Source of the DNA: Rhizophagus irregularis
Taxonomy: Eukaryota
Length of the DNA: 64,000 nucleotides
Assembly: GCF_026210795.1 (NCBI RefSeq)
Contig: NC_089432.1
Coordinates: 558,001-622,000 of the forward strand
Direction: 5' to 3'
Of the stretch, positions 26,925 through 39,290 are shown piece by piece. The notes beneath the pieces were generated by a model, which saw only the letters and a list, made by a program, of their open reading frames with translations, was not told where the DNA came from and searched no databases. Position 1 is the stretch's first letter. Every line of letters begins with the position of its first letter. Both the position numbers and the translations under genes were made by a program.

Positions 26925-29040
26925 CTTCTGACCAAATTTTTAGCAAAAAAAAAAAAATTTTATATTTATAAGGGTTTATTAGAACATAATAAATATACAA
27001 AATGGAAACATAGGAGACATATTGTTCATGATAAAGTTGAAATGTTTAAACGAATGATGAAGAAGAAAGGTCTTTGATACTATAGCCTTTGAAATAAATA
27101 TATCAGTAGAGATAATAATGTTATTGTTAGAGAGTAGCGTGGAAGTTGCTCATTAAATATATGTGGATAATATGAAATGCCTGGGTAAAACAACAAGAAC
27201 TAATTTGCGAGAAACACACGGTCACGTGAGCTGAATAGGACTATAGCGGAACAGGAAGGTGTCATCAGAAATAAAGAATGAATGGTAAAGCAGCTAGATA
27301 ATGCAATATGCCATAAAAAGCAAATTAGAGGAGAAGTTATTCTATGATATACCAGTGTTTTGAAAAGATGATGACATCATATCATATCAGAGTTAGGAAA
27401 GGTTTACTGTGTACAAATCAAAAAACAGTTTAAGTATACAACTGTAAAAGCACTGATATTGTTGATGGATACATGGTCATCCATGCACAAAAATGGCTGC
27501 GCGGTATAGTGCTACCAAAAAGTAAAAGATTTGTTAGATGGTATAATGGTTTAATGAATATCAAGGAAAGGAAGGAAAGAGACAAATGGCAATTATGGCG
27601 GACGAGCATAAAAATGATGAGTATAACTTGATATTAAAGGCACAAAAGGAAAACTCAGCATCCTTTATTAAAGTTCTGTGAATACCAAAAATTGGAAAGT
27701 ATTATTATTCTTAAAGGACAAAAAGACACGAAGCAGACTATAGAGAATGGATTAAAGAATGGGACATTTGGCAATTCAGGGAACTGATAAGAAGCAAGAA
27801 AGAGGAGAGGCAAGATACAAAGAAGCATGATACAAAGCCGATTCTGCATACGCCAGAAGTGACACATCATGCAAACCTTTTGAAAACTCCATCTCAAAGA
27901 ATTTTTGCAGAATTATATGGAATTAATAAGTATCAGGAAAGAGATAAATTCAAGGATGGAGATCCAGTGAATGATGTGGAATGATCGATGACAGTATCTG
28001 AGGATAAAGTGGTAAATACGATTAACAAGAGGTTTGGATGTAATCGACTTTAAAAGAAAATTGGTAAAGGAAGAAGCATTGAAGAAAGATAATGTTTCAA
28101 TGGAAGAATTGGTGAATATCATCAACGAACAAAAGAAGGAACAAAAATTGTTAGTTCCATACCAATCATTCGTTGCTTCACCATTTTGAAGTTTAATGGA
28201 CAAAATGAGGGTTATTAGTCCTAAGGTTAAGGAATTAGCAGAGATTTTCATGATGGCTGGAGAAGAAATGGAATGGGAGAAGATCAAAAATCAGATGAAG
28301 GTGGAAGAGGCAACAATGAAGATTAAATCTCTAGAATCCGTGATTAAGCTTCGAGAAAAATTGATTAAAGAGGCAGAAACATGATGTGATACAAAAGTAT
28401 ATGCAGCTTATTGTGGATTTTGAAAAGAGAGTGCAGGGAACGAGATGGGATGAATATAAATAATAAGTGGCGTTAAAGAGTCCAAAAGAGAAAACAGTTC
28501 AAGAAAAGATGGTGAGTGAAAAGTGAGTAGATTAATATAATTGCGTTAACTAATGTTAGAAGCATAATGACTTTGAAACATTTTTTCAAAGTAAAATGTA
28601 ACTACGTAAAAGATAAAATTATTGTTATTGTAACAAATTAGTTTTTGAAGAGAATTTAACTTTCGATAAAGTTATCACTAAACATGTAAACACGTAATTT
28701 AAAATTTAACTTTGGATTAAATTTACAATATAAGTATAATTTAAAATTAAACTTATTAAACTTTCTATTTACTAAATGTGTAATTAAAATTTAACTTCTG
28801 TTTAAAATTTAAATATAAAATTTAACTTTGATTAAAATTTACACTATAATTGTATTTATTGTGGAGAAAGATATATTTATACGCTTTTTATTTTGCAAAA
28901 ATATTGCAAAAAATGTTTATCATGTTATATTAATGATATAACTGATAACACTGATTTGTAATGTAATTTGGTCACAAAATTTACGTAGTTTTATTGCTAG
29001 TTATATTACAAATAAATATAAAAATAAAATAAAATACAAA
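26925..29040 (+). mobile_element. Old, degenerate relative of the family A ORF1-only element
   Basis: The 5' motif CTTCTGACCAAATTTTTAGCA matches 24220-24240 (reverse complement) at 20/21. Broken frames give LGKVYCVQIKKQFKYTTVKA and RFVRWYNGLMNIKERKERDKWQ, alignable to the 23033..24148 protein. A-rich tail at ~29010-29040. No TSD was recognised. Confidence 0.7.
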
Positions 29041-29284
29041 TATATTATGAAAAGTTCTTTCCTAACTATTGCAAACTAAACAAAAAGAAACTTTGAATTT
29101 TCTAGTAGTTAAACCCACTTCTCCTAACTACCTATAAGTCTAGATTCATCCAAGTCTTCTAGAATCTAACAACCTAAAAAACAAAAAAAAAAAGTAACAT
29201 AAGAATGTCAATTGGAAGCCAAACTTCCCCTGTAATCATGATCCAAATCTTCAAGAGTTGGCATTTCTAAAGTTTGGAGTAACA

Positions 29285-29570
29285 GAAAGACCCACAAAAA
29301 AGAAACAATTTACAAAAAGAAGCAACCCATGCATGAAAAAGAATTGACCTACAAAAAAGAATTGACCACGAAAAGAAACAACCCACGAAAAGAAATAACC
29401 CACGAAAAGAAACAACCCACGTAAAAAGAATTGACCCATGAAAAGAACAACCTATAAAAAAGAAACAACCCACGTAAAAAGAATTAATCTACATAAAAAT
29501 AATTGACTCACGTTAAAAGAACTGACTCATGAAAAAGAATTGACTCACAAAGAAGAATCAACCGACAAAA
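29285..29570. repeat. Tandem repeat, ~18-20-bp unit AAAAGAA(AC/TT)(A/G)ACCCACG
   Basis: More than ten degenerate tandem copies. Confidence 0.85.
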
Positions 29571-32500
29571 AAATGAATAAAATATAAAATAAAAGAATGT
29601 TAAAAAGCCTAAAAAAGGGGAATAAGAAAAAAAATTTTTTTTTAAAAAAGGAGGGTAACAAAGTTAGGAAAAATAAAAGGATGATGAGTAAAGTTAGAAG
29701 AAATTTTTTTTATAAATGGGGAGCCAAATGAAAAGAAGAAAGAAGATTTTTTTTAAAAAAAAAGGTAGCGAGTGGAAAATAAATCAAAAAAACAATTTTT
29801 AAAGGGCGACGAAGCTAGAAAATAAGAAAAGAAAGGGGGAATAAAAAAAAGAAAATGATAAATAAAGAAAAAAGAGAGTGACAAAATAAGGAAAGGAAGG
29901 AAGATCAAAATCATATACTAAAAAACGTATCACAAAAAAAACAATCAATCACATGATCGCGTGTTATGATACGCAATGACGATAAATTATTATCCAAAAA
30001 AGATTAAAAATGAATTACATATTAAACATATGGAATTGTTATACGGAATCTATAAAAACGTATGCCAAACGTATACAAGACATAACAGATTTTTTATATC
30101 TTATTAATTTTACAAAATGATATTTTTTATAATTTATTAAAGTTAAATTGATTAAAAAAAAAAATAATTAAATAATTAAAATTGTGATTCATTGTCAAGT
30201 AATATTTAATGCATCGAAAAAATATCTTGAATTGATTTTTTCGGCTAAATTTTGATGACAATTACCATCTATTTACCACCTATTCACCGCCTATTTACCA
30301 CCTATTTAATAGCATTTTACAATTTCGTAAAGATATGTTATCGACAATTTCACAAGATCGTTTGATACCACATCGTCACATGTTGGATAATAGATCGTCA
30401 TGATTTGATGGCGATTTCTTAACTGCATGGTAACAAATCACGGGTTTCTGCAAAGGTATTCATCAGAGGCAAGTTTTGTTAGGCTATAAAAATACAAACC
30501 TCTACTAGCCAGCATACAAGCAACCTTGTATTGCTCATAGTTACATAAGATATCAACTTGGTGACTTTTCATGACTACTTCAGTGAGCACATTATTATCA
30601 ACATTTCTCTGACATCAGATAGCAAAGATGGAAATTTCACCTTTTAACAAAATTTGAAATGGGAAAATTCATACATATATATATACATGTACAATAAATG
30701 GAGATTCATGAAACATAACAATTTCCATCTAGCTTTAATACATCTTGAATTAATGGAATGCTTTGCTAGTCTGCTTTCACTTATGGTAACTGGTTTGAAG
30801 TGGATTATGGAAACTCAAATGTACCCAGGCTATAATAATAAACAAAAAGAGCTAATTATATAACATAATAATCATACTGCATGATAGATGATAAGTACAA
30901 TTGCCCTATTACCTGCTTTATCCATACTTTATTTTTTCCCAATCCTTTCTGAGTATGAGAACTCATCATTGTATGTGGAAGCAGAGCTTGTGATATATTA
31001 ATCTAAAACAAAGAAAATAAATAATAAGACCAGTTTACTTTCTTAACCTTTCTAATGCACAAATACTTACTTTTCTGGTTAAATAAATGATTAATAAGGG
31101 GCACAATTTCATGATGATAAGTCTTCTGGACAGCATTAGGCCTTCTTTCAATTAATTTTTTCAACTGATTATTAGTGAATTCATACTTTATTTTTGATGA
31201 TGAAAAAAAATCTATAATATAGCTGTGGGCTGGACTAAAAAAAAAATATAATATAAATAGAAAGTGAGTGGTAGTCAAAATATCATAACCATTATTATGA
31301 CTTACTCATAAAGTGATGTTGTTTCTTTTGCACAATACTTTTTCAGAAGAGATAATAAGAATGAATCTGATGTTTGTTATTCTAAACAAGATTTGTTTAA
31401 TGATATATAGTTAGATGAATATGGACTCTCTCCAATTATTTCTATATCTTCATTGATTTTATTGTCATCATCTTGCTCTTTAATTGACTTGTCATGAATC
31501 AACCTCTGTTGTTAGAAATATATAATGATTAACTGTGAACCTATTAAAGGCTTATAGTCAAACATACCTCTTTTTTCTCTATCAGCCATACATTCCAATC
31601 AGAATTATACTATTTTGTGAAAAAAAAAACAGATGTTAAGGTGTTATTTTTTCAATATGTTTAAGCAAAAACATTTGAATACAAACATTGGCAGTTTCTT
31701 TGAAATTTTTTAGTTTTGATATTCTATCTGGATCTTTTCTATACTTTCAATTACATGAACCTTATATATATGTTGGTTGAATAGTAAAGTGAAAAAATCT
31801 ATTGGAGTAGGGTTATTATTATCAAATATTTAATTGATGTTTTGTTATTTTATTTTTACATGTATTCAATATCTTGATTAATAAAAATTAACAAAAAATG
31901 GTATAGAGTACATTATTTAATAAAAGCCAGTTGATAGCCACATTTGAAATATGCTGTTGTTTACTCAAGGCCAGCTACCAATGAATGATAACTTGCAATT
32001 ATTGGCTATTATTGGCTTTTAATAGAACACAGTCTATCACAGGTACCTTATGTTTCCTACAGACATGTTCCTAACAGACATCCAATAATTCTGTATTCAG
32101 AAGTCAGTTGGCCACTATTGGATGATGATTTGCCAATTATTGACTTCTGATAGAACATGTCTACCACAAGCGCCTTACAATTTCAATAGACACCAATACT
32201 TTTATTTGCAAATTTGTTGCTCACTCAAGGAGTCGTTAACCTATATACATAATCTGGATTGAATACACATATAGTTACTCATTCTACCAATTTTGGTAAG
32301 GCATGAACAGTGGTAAAATAAGTGATTCATCTATCCCAATTTTCCACACATTATTAATAAAGTATAAAAGGGCCTTGCCTTCAACAGATAAAGACCTTTA
32401 ATTGTTATTATCTTAAAAGTTCCAGTGATATACCATTAGCCTGCATACTGTTTTGAAACAATTTTACAAACTACAAATAATATGAATAGATGTGACATTT

Positions 32501-33373
32501 TTTTGATTTCACTCTTCATTTCCATCGTTACATTATATGAGATGCTTACCTATCTAAAACATCTTAACAATGGATGTGATCCAGAATGTATTTTCAGGAA
32601 ACATAATATCATATGCAGTTGTAGCAGTTGCATTAGCTTTTTTTCGTAAATCTCAGCCTAGGATAAATAATGAACTTGAAAGAACAGTCCTAGCATTAAA
32701 TAATGAAATTCAAAGAATGCGCACTGAAATTAAATGGAAGAATAATGCAATATTACAAGGTAAGTCTATCATGCCACAGTCTGCAGTCCACAGTCTGCAA
32801 TCTGTAGTCCACATATGATTCATTGCCCATAACATTACATAATAACCTGTGCCTCATTCCTTCTAGTAGGATCAAACTGATTCTCTTCTGCAAGTCATAT
32901 ACTATCCACTAGTACTAAATATGAAGACAAAATAGAAATGTATTGGGTCAAATTCATTGTCATTTTTGACCAGAAAAGAAAAAAAGGTAATTGCTCTCCT
33001 ACATAAATGTATAATATATTATCTGATGAGATCAGATTTAGTCCTGGCACATTAGCCAGTTTCTATCATCACAGCAATAGCATTGACAATGATGATATAG
33101 TTAGCATGGTGTAGCAGGAAGAAACTGCCATTATTGCTTTTGCAAACGTCTAGGGGCGGGCAGGCATATTCTATGTTTTATTCCACCCTTGAAACACCTG
33201 CTACTCTATTAATAATTTCCTTTAAACTTATAATTCCTTACTCCAATATATTAACTTACGAAAAATATAATAAAGAATATATATTCAATTAATTTTATTT
33301 ATCAGCAAATATTAATAATAAAAATAATAAAAAATAATAAAAAAATGATAAAAAATAAAAATTTTTAAGAAAA

Positions 33374-33797
33374 TTAAATTGTAAAATGTGTGATTCCAGG
33401 AGCGGTGATCATGCATTCTTGAACTTGCGTCCTAAGAGAGAAAATAACTTGCCCACGCAAACTCATCGTGTATCCCATATTTTGATGAATGAGATAGCAT
33501 ACTACCCCATTAAGATTCTGTATCGCTGCATTATTGCCTGCAGAATCAACAATATTAAATAATGCCGGAGGTAATTGATAAAGTAACAAATAAAATAACA
33601 AACATAATATGAATTTATAGATTTTTATTATGCAGTTTTATAAAGATAAGTTGAAAATTTACAGATGAGTCAGTAAAATAAACTTTGGCGATTCCAGCCG
33701 CTCCTGGAATATTTTCGAGCCTCATGTCGAGGTTGGCGTTTATGTTTATTCCGTAAATAGTGTTATTTAGATATGAAAATGAACTTGCGAAAGTCAT
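33374..33797 (-). CDS. Small hypothetical protein in two adjacent ORFs (spliced gene or pseudogene)
   Basis: Two protein-like ORFs are separated by an intron-like AT-rich stretch. A GTAAAT donor is present but no clear AG acceptor. Confidence 0.35.
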
Positions 33798-34257
33798 TTT
33801 TTCAGTTTATTTATGACACGACTTTTTTTTAAATATTAACCGAGATTTTATAAGAAATCAATGTTTATATATATCACTTACTATTAATCATTGTTTCGGA
33901 GTTATTTGAGATGGCTTGAGATGGTTCTTTGCGGTGAATCATTGATAAATATGATAATCAATGACATCACGAGTGACACTGCATATCACATTATAACATT
34001 ATAACATTTTACTTATTTGTTTTATATATAGAGTTAATAGTATACTTCTGTCTCAATAAAAATTGTATCAATAATTAATAAAAAAAGTTTATATAGCACT
34101 TTCGTTTACATAACCGGGTTGCTTAATAAAGTGCCTTTTGTCTATCGAAGCGTGTATCCCGCCATGATTTAAGCCATTTTCTGTTTCCATAGCTCAAGTA
34201 CCTGGAGTATTCTTCTTCGGAAATATTATAAAATAATGGAAGAACACTCATTTTGAT

Positions 34258-36171
34258 TTTATTATTTATTTTATTTTATTTTACGATCGAAGATAGTAGA
34301 TGTTAGATTACAAAGAATAGAATTATAAAAATAAAACTAAAAATTGGATGTCATAACAATTAGCATCCCCTACGGGACCTATCTAAGTTAGGGCACTAAT
34401 AGGAACTGGAAAACTACGTTACAGCCCTTATTTAAAAAAATAAAATGAATAAAAACAACGAACTGGGACCAGGAATATGACTAATAAAAGGGGGATGGAA
34501 AAAAAGCGGAAGCTAAAAAAAAACCAAAGACACCGAGAAGAAAGAAAAAAGAAAGAGAAAAAAGAAAAAAAAGTAAACAAAAATAGAAAAACACCTTCCT
34601 ACCGATCCACCTAAATCACCTTAAACACCAATTAACTTCTTTCATGGGTCCTACAAAAGAAATAAGCGCCACTGATTTCGCCTAAAAAAAAAAATGTTAT
34701 GACTGTAATACAGTTAAAGCCACTTATTCTATGCTATTTAGGATTTGATTATTCACGACCTCAAACCAAAAGGTTCAGGAGTTTTAAGAGTAAAGAACGC
34801 GTGTCATCAGTCTTTTGTTGAGTATTGGATTTGTTGCGCGAACGAGTCAAGGAACTGAGCGATTTGCCCAAATTCTTCCCTTTACTTTGCTGTGAATAAG
34901 ATTTTTTGTCCTTGTTGGACTTTGGTGGAATTTTTTTTGTGGGAGGAGTTGAAATGGTCGGCTTCCAATGATGGCTAAATTCCATGCATCTAAGCAGGTG
35001 TTCGTGCGTCTCAAAGTAAGCGATCAACTGTTGTTTCCCATGCACCTTTAAGTGAATAAAAGCGCGACCCTTCAATTCATGACTCAATATATGTTCGAAG
35101 GATTTATCATCGTGGTAACTGAATGCTAACGGATTAGACTTCCAGTCTTCCAGAAGAGAAAATTTTACTTGAAAACGTTCCCGAGCCTTACGTTCTCTTA
35201 ATTTCCAATGTCCAGGATACCAGCGGACAAGACCATCACCCAATTTTTGTTGCCACGTTCTCATAACAAAGTCCGTGTCTGTGGTTGGTTTGAGTATCAT
35301 TTTAGTCCAAACGGACTGATACTTGTGTTGTGTCTTAAAGGATATTTCCAATACTTGGCCCCATGATTTTAGATGTTCCAGGATTGCATCATGTGACCAG
35401 GCCGCAGGTATGTCGTAAACCATTATAGTTCGCACTTGACCTTTTTGCGAATTATGTATTACGTTGTTATTGATAGTCAACTTAGTGATCTTGCCTTTTG
35501 TAATTTGTGATTCCGAAGTTGTTACATTTTTCGGAATCTTAGAACCAATCGGCTTAGATATAGATGTAGATGGTTGATCAACATTGGATGAACCTTCCTG
35601 ATTTGGTTGGGACTCGGTTGTATCCGGATCTACATTGTCATCTATGTTCATGGATTCGTCGATCACAAGATTGGCGTCTGCGTCATCTGATACAGGCGCT
35701 TTTTGTTTGCCGACCTTCTTCTCCTTTTTTTTTAGCTGCGCCTCGACAGCATTTTGAACGAGTGAAGGAAGAGCATTTTGGTAACGTGAGCTTAAACTAT
35801 CCAGCGTTTGTCGAGCTTTGCAGCGTGCTCCTGAGATTATTGCTTGATTTAATGTTCTCGTAAACTGTTTAGTAACTCTTACATTATCCAGTATAGACCG
35901 CTCTGTGACTATGTCGCCTTTTGGAATGAGTTTAGCAGTTGCAGTCGTATAAAATACAGACTCTACATCACCACACTGTATGTAATCAAATATTATGTCC
36001 CCTAATATAGAAGCAAACGAGTTGGTGAAGGAGTCAATGAACTCTTGGACGGGTATAGACTGTTGTGAAGATTTCTTTTTATTACTTTTACCCATTTCTT
36101 ATACGTAAATTTTTCTTAGTATTTTGTGAAAAAATTTTTTTTTAAGAAAGAGTTTTTTTTTTCATTTAATC
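34258..36171 (-). mobile_element. Non-LTR retroposed element encoding only an ORF1-like protein (family B)
   Basis: 15-bp TSD AACACTCATTT(T/C)GAT at 34243-34257 and 36172-36186. (TAAAA)n-like tail at 34258-34283. 76-nt 5' UTR, a single ORF and a ~480-nt 3' UTR. Confidence 0.85.
34761..36095 (-). CDS. Intact 444-aa LINE ORF1-like RRM protein
   Basis: Intronless. RTIMVYDIPAAWSHDAILEHLKSWGQVLEISFK...VRWYPG...RERFQ parallels the family A protein. Basic C-terminus. Confidence 0.75.
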   Translation of the reverse strand: MGKSNKKKSSQQSIPVQEFIDSFTNSFASILGDIIFDYIQCGDVESVFYTTATAKLIPKGDIVTERSILDNVRVTKQFTRTLNQAIISGARCKARQTLDSLSSRYQNALPSLVQNAVEAQLKKKEKKVGKQKAPVSDDADANLVIDESMNIDDNVDPDTTESQPNQEGSSNVDQPSTSISKPIGSKIPKNVTTSESQITKGKITKLTINNNVIHNSQKGQVRTIMVYDIPAAWSHDAILEHLKSWGQVLEISFKTQHKYQSVWTKMILKPTTDTDFVMRTWQQKLGDGLVRWYPGHWKLRERKARERFQVKFSLLEDWKSNPLAFSYHDDKSFEHILSHELKGRAFIHLKVHGKQQLIAYFETHEHLLRCMEFSHHWKPTISTPPTKKIPPKSNKDKKSYSQQSKGKNLGKSLSSLTRSRNKSNTQQKTDDTRSLLLKLLNLLV

Positions 36172-36461
36172 AACACTCATTTCGATGATATAATCCGGTA
36201 TCTATAGTATTAGTTCGTCCAAATCCCGTGATTGATATGAATCGGATATATTATTTTACAAAAATATAATAAAAAGCTTTATTTCTTTTGCGTGTGTGCG
36301 TGTTTTCATGTGTATGATCGTAATAATAAATTTTTATTAATACAGATAAAAAATAAATACAATGTTCAGGACGCATCCCATTATACAGGCGGTAGAAATA
36401 CGAAGTAAAATAAATACAAAGATTCAGGACTTTACCCGTAATAGATGACGAATTCTCTATC

Positions 36462-37922
36462 CTAAGACCTATCTACTGTATCTAATTTCCCCGCAAGATT
36501 ACTCGATGACCCATACTTTTTTACTTCCCTTTCTTTATCTAAATCCGCCTTTTGTGACTCCTCCAACAACCAAATAATATGTCCAAGAATCTTCTCTGCT
36601 CTCTCCTTCATATCCTTATCTTTGTACGCAACAAATAAAGGCAGCTTCGTCAACTTAAACGATAGTTTCCCTTCATCGTCTTGCGAACATTTCGTGAAAT
36701 ACCATTTTTCTGCATCCGTCACAATCCCCCATACTTTGTTAAACCCAGGTTCATCATCTATTTCGTCTGCTTTGCGCTTATGACCTAGCGATGATGCCAA
36801 CTGTACAGTAGTTTGTGCGAAGCCCTGCTTAAAGTCACCTCGATCAAACCCATGATTCTCCCGGTTGTACGTGATTCACCATAGTCAAGATTCCCACGCC
36901 ATTTTTTCCCTCGATCAAACTCTCCGGAACGATCTTTACTTGATCTTTAAATGGGTATGTTGCGGAGGCGAGATAAGTATATGAATAGATGCTTTTGGTG
37001 GCCTCATATGATAAGTCGATAGGTGTTGTTGCAACACGAGTCTCCAGTTCATCAAAAAGTTTACGCAACGCTGCTTTGTATTTCTCATTCTTGGTGTCAA
37101 CACAACCACAGTGAAAAATGGGATACACGTCAGTACTAGGATTCGGGTCATCGCTAAGACCGTAGAGTTCACACACTTTCGGAAAGGTCCATTCGTTGAA
37201 GGGTTTCGAGGGAGTCTCTACGATCACGGTAAACTTAAGATTGTTTTTTGACACGAACACTTGAAGCAATTCACGAAGGTCTTGATCATTCACAGGAAAG
37301 TATTTTCCCTCGTCATTTAATATGTTGAGTACCGCTCCATCATTCTCAAGTGCTGGTGTTGGACACGCTCCACGTATGAAATTTTTAAGGCCTTCGAGGG
37401 TCGCGTGTTCGATATTCACTGTCCACTTGAAGGTTTTAACCCGTTTGGGCTTAACAACAACGTCAAACACTGTAATGCAAGAACCGGGTTAGTAAACCTT
37501 TCGCGAAGCCTATTAACTCTCCTAGCCACTTTATACGTACCATACACGGACTTGTTGAGTAATTCCTGCATCAAAGCGAGTTGCTTCCTTAATTCTAATA
37601 CCTCGCCCGAAGCAGAAGTTGACACAGGTGGTGGTTCAACTAGGACGTGAATATGTTCCTCGACTGGTGGGTCAGGGAAATACTTCGGAATTTTTCTCAT
37701 CGCCAACAGCTAGTCACTGTCATTAAATTTGAGATTCTTCAACTGATCGTCAAGGTGATCGCCACCAATTTCCATAGCCTGCAAGAAAATTATCGAATAC
37801 TGGTGCTTTTTTCGCTTTTATTACCTCCTTGAGGTCACCAACAAGACTATTTCCATCTATATGGACAGGAAAAGCGTTCGCAAGCGCGTTCCCTTAACAA
37901 GACAGAGTAACGTGACTGACAT
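36462..37922 (-). pseudogene. Crinkler (CRN)-type protein with a putative C-terminal PD-(D/E)XK-like domain, frameshifted
   Basis: Starts MSVTLLCLVKG. The shifted frame gives NAFPVHID...LVGDLKEVIK and HIHVLVEPP, the CRN N-terminal signature. Intron at ~37471-37540. The C-terminal DFKQGFAQ...VWGIVTDAEKWYF is split by frameshifts. Confidence 0.8.
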
Positions 37923-38042
37923 TTTCGGGTTTTATAATCAAAATAATGAAATAGTAATAAATGAATTACTGATTTTTTTAATTAAATAAATGTAAATGCT
38001 CTATAGAATCATTAAATAATTATAACCTCTTTATCAACTTCT

Positions 38043-39290
38043 CTAAAAATACACTAGCTTTAAAATTTCCTTTTTCAAATTTGGCCTAGCACGAAATTGA
38101 CGTTGTAAATAACTAGCAGCATCGTCATACAGTACTCTTGCAATAGTGTAGCCTATTCTCTTCAAAAATAGATTCAACACGACTATTACGTGCATAACAT
38201 AATGCAGTAAACAATTTTTTCCATTTTTCACCACGGTATTCTCCAAGGAAATGCTTTTCCAAGTTTTTTTTCGAATATGAAATAAGAAAAAGAGATATTT
38301 GGTTGTACTACTTACTGCTGCGATCATAGCTAGGTCAGCGTCAATAAAGAGCAATTTTGATATTAATTCACCTATTGCATGTAAATGACTTGAAAATAAC
38401 CATGAAAAAGTATCTTTAGTTTCGTCTGATATGATAGCTATTGTTGCAAGACGAGAACGATTATGGTTGTCTGTTAAAATTATCTCATAATATTATTGAA
38501 TAATGGTTTATTTTTTGCTGTTGTATCAAGCAAAATTACATCATGAAACTGGCCCCATAGTTGCAGCTGACTTAGACGCATCCAAGAGAGTCTTGCGAGA
38601 TGATTATCTTTGCCTTCAAAATATGCATCCACATAAAAGGTCGGATCTTCTTGTTATTGCTTCATAAGCTCAAAATACATTGAACCTGCATCACTACTCA
38701 CTAGTACCACTATTTTTGTGTTGAATAACTTGGTCTATGTTATATACAATGCGAGCATGAACATATTTGTCTAGATATTTCTTTTGTAAAACTTCTATAA
38801 TTGCACCAGCACGAACTCCGCAGGTTACAAGAAGTTTTATATCATCAGGATCAAGCTTGCGATAACGCATGATTATGTTTACCATCAACTTTTGTTATTT
38901 GATAGACAAGATTGTCTTTTTCTAGCGATAAGCAAATTTACAATTGTCCGTATGGTGTCCTGCATTCGTGGTATATACTCGTCCCTTCATACATGCATAA
39001 GTACGACGTCGAAGTAAACTATTGTCACTACGACTCTACGAGTAATTGTAAAAGCAAATCCTTGTTTTAATCCATTATTAAGCCAACTAATAAAACACTA
39101 AAATAAGTGCTGTATTATGTATGATAACAAGTGAAATTTGCTTTTCAGTTTCTACAACTTACTCGTCTAGATTTTTCCAATCTGTAAAAACTATTTCTGA
39201 TGCAACTAGATTCCTCATCAAAAAATCCATAAGATAATTGCTCATTATTCGCTAAAAGGTCAAAGGTGTATTCCAGAATTTCATTTTCGT
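38043..39290 (-). pseudogene. Decayed MULE/FAR1-like transposase
   Basis: Fragments LDTTAK, DNHNRSRLATIAIISDETKDTFSW, FIDADLAMIAAV and FHIRK, with multiple stops and frameshifts. Confidence 0.75.

Noticed and set aside
29285..29570. CRISPR-like appearance of short repeats
   Set aside because: There are no unique spacers and no cas genes, and the context is eukaryotic; it is a plain tandem repeat.
33020..33060. CTGATGAG as a possible hammerhead ribozyme core
   Set aside because: There is no properly placed GAAA or supporting stems.
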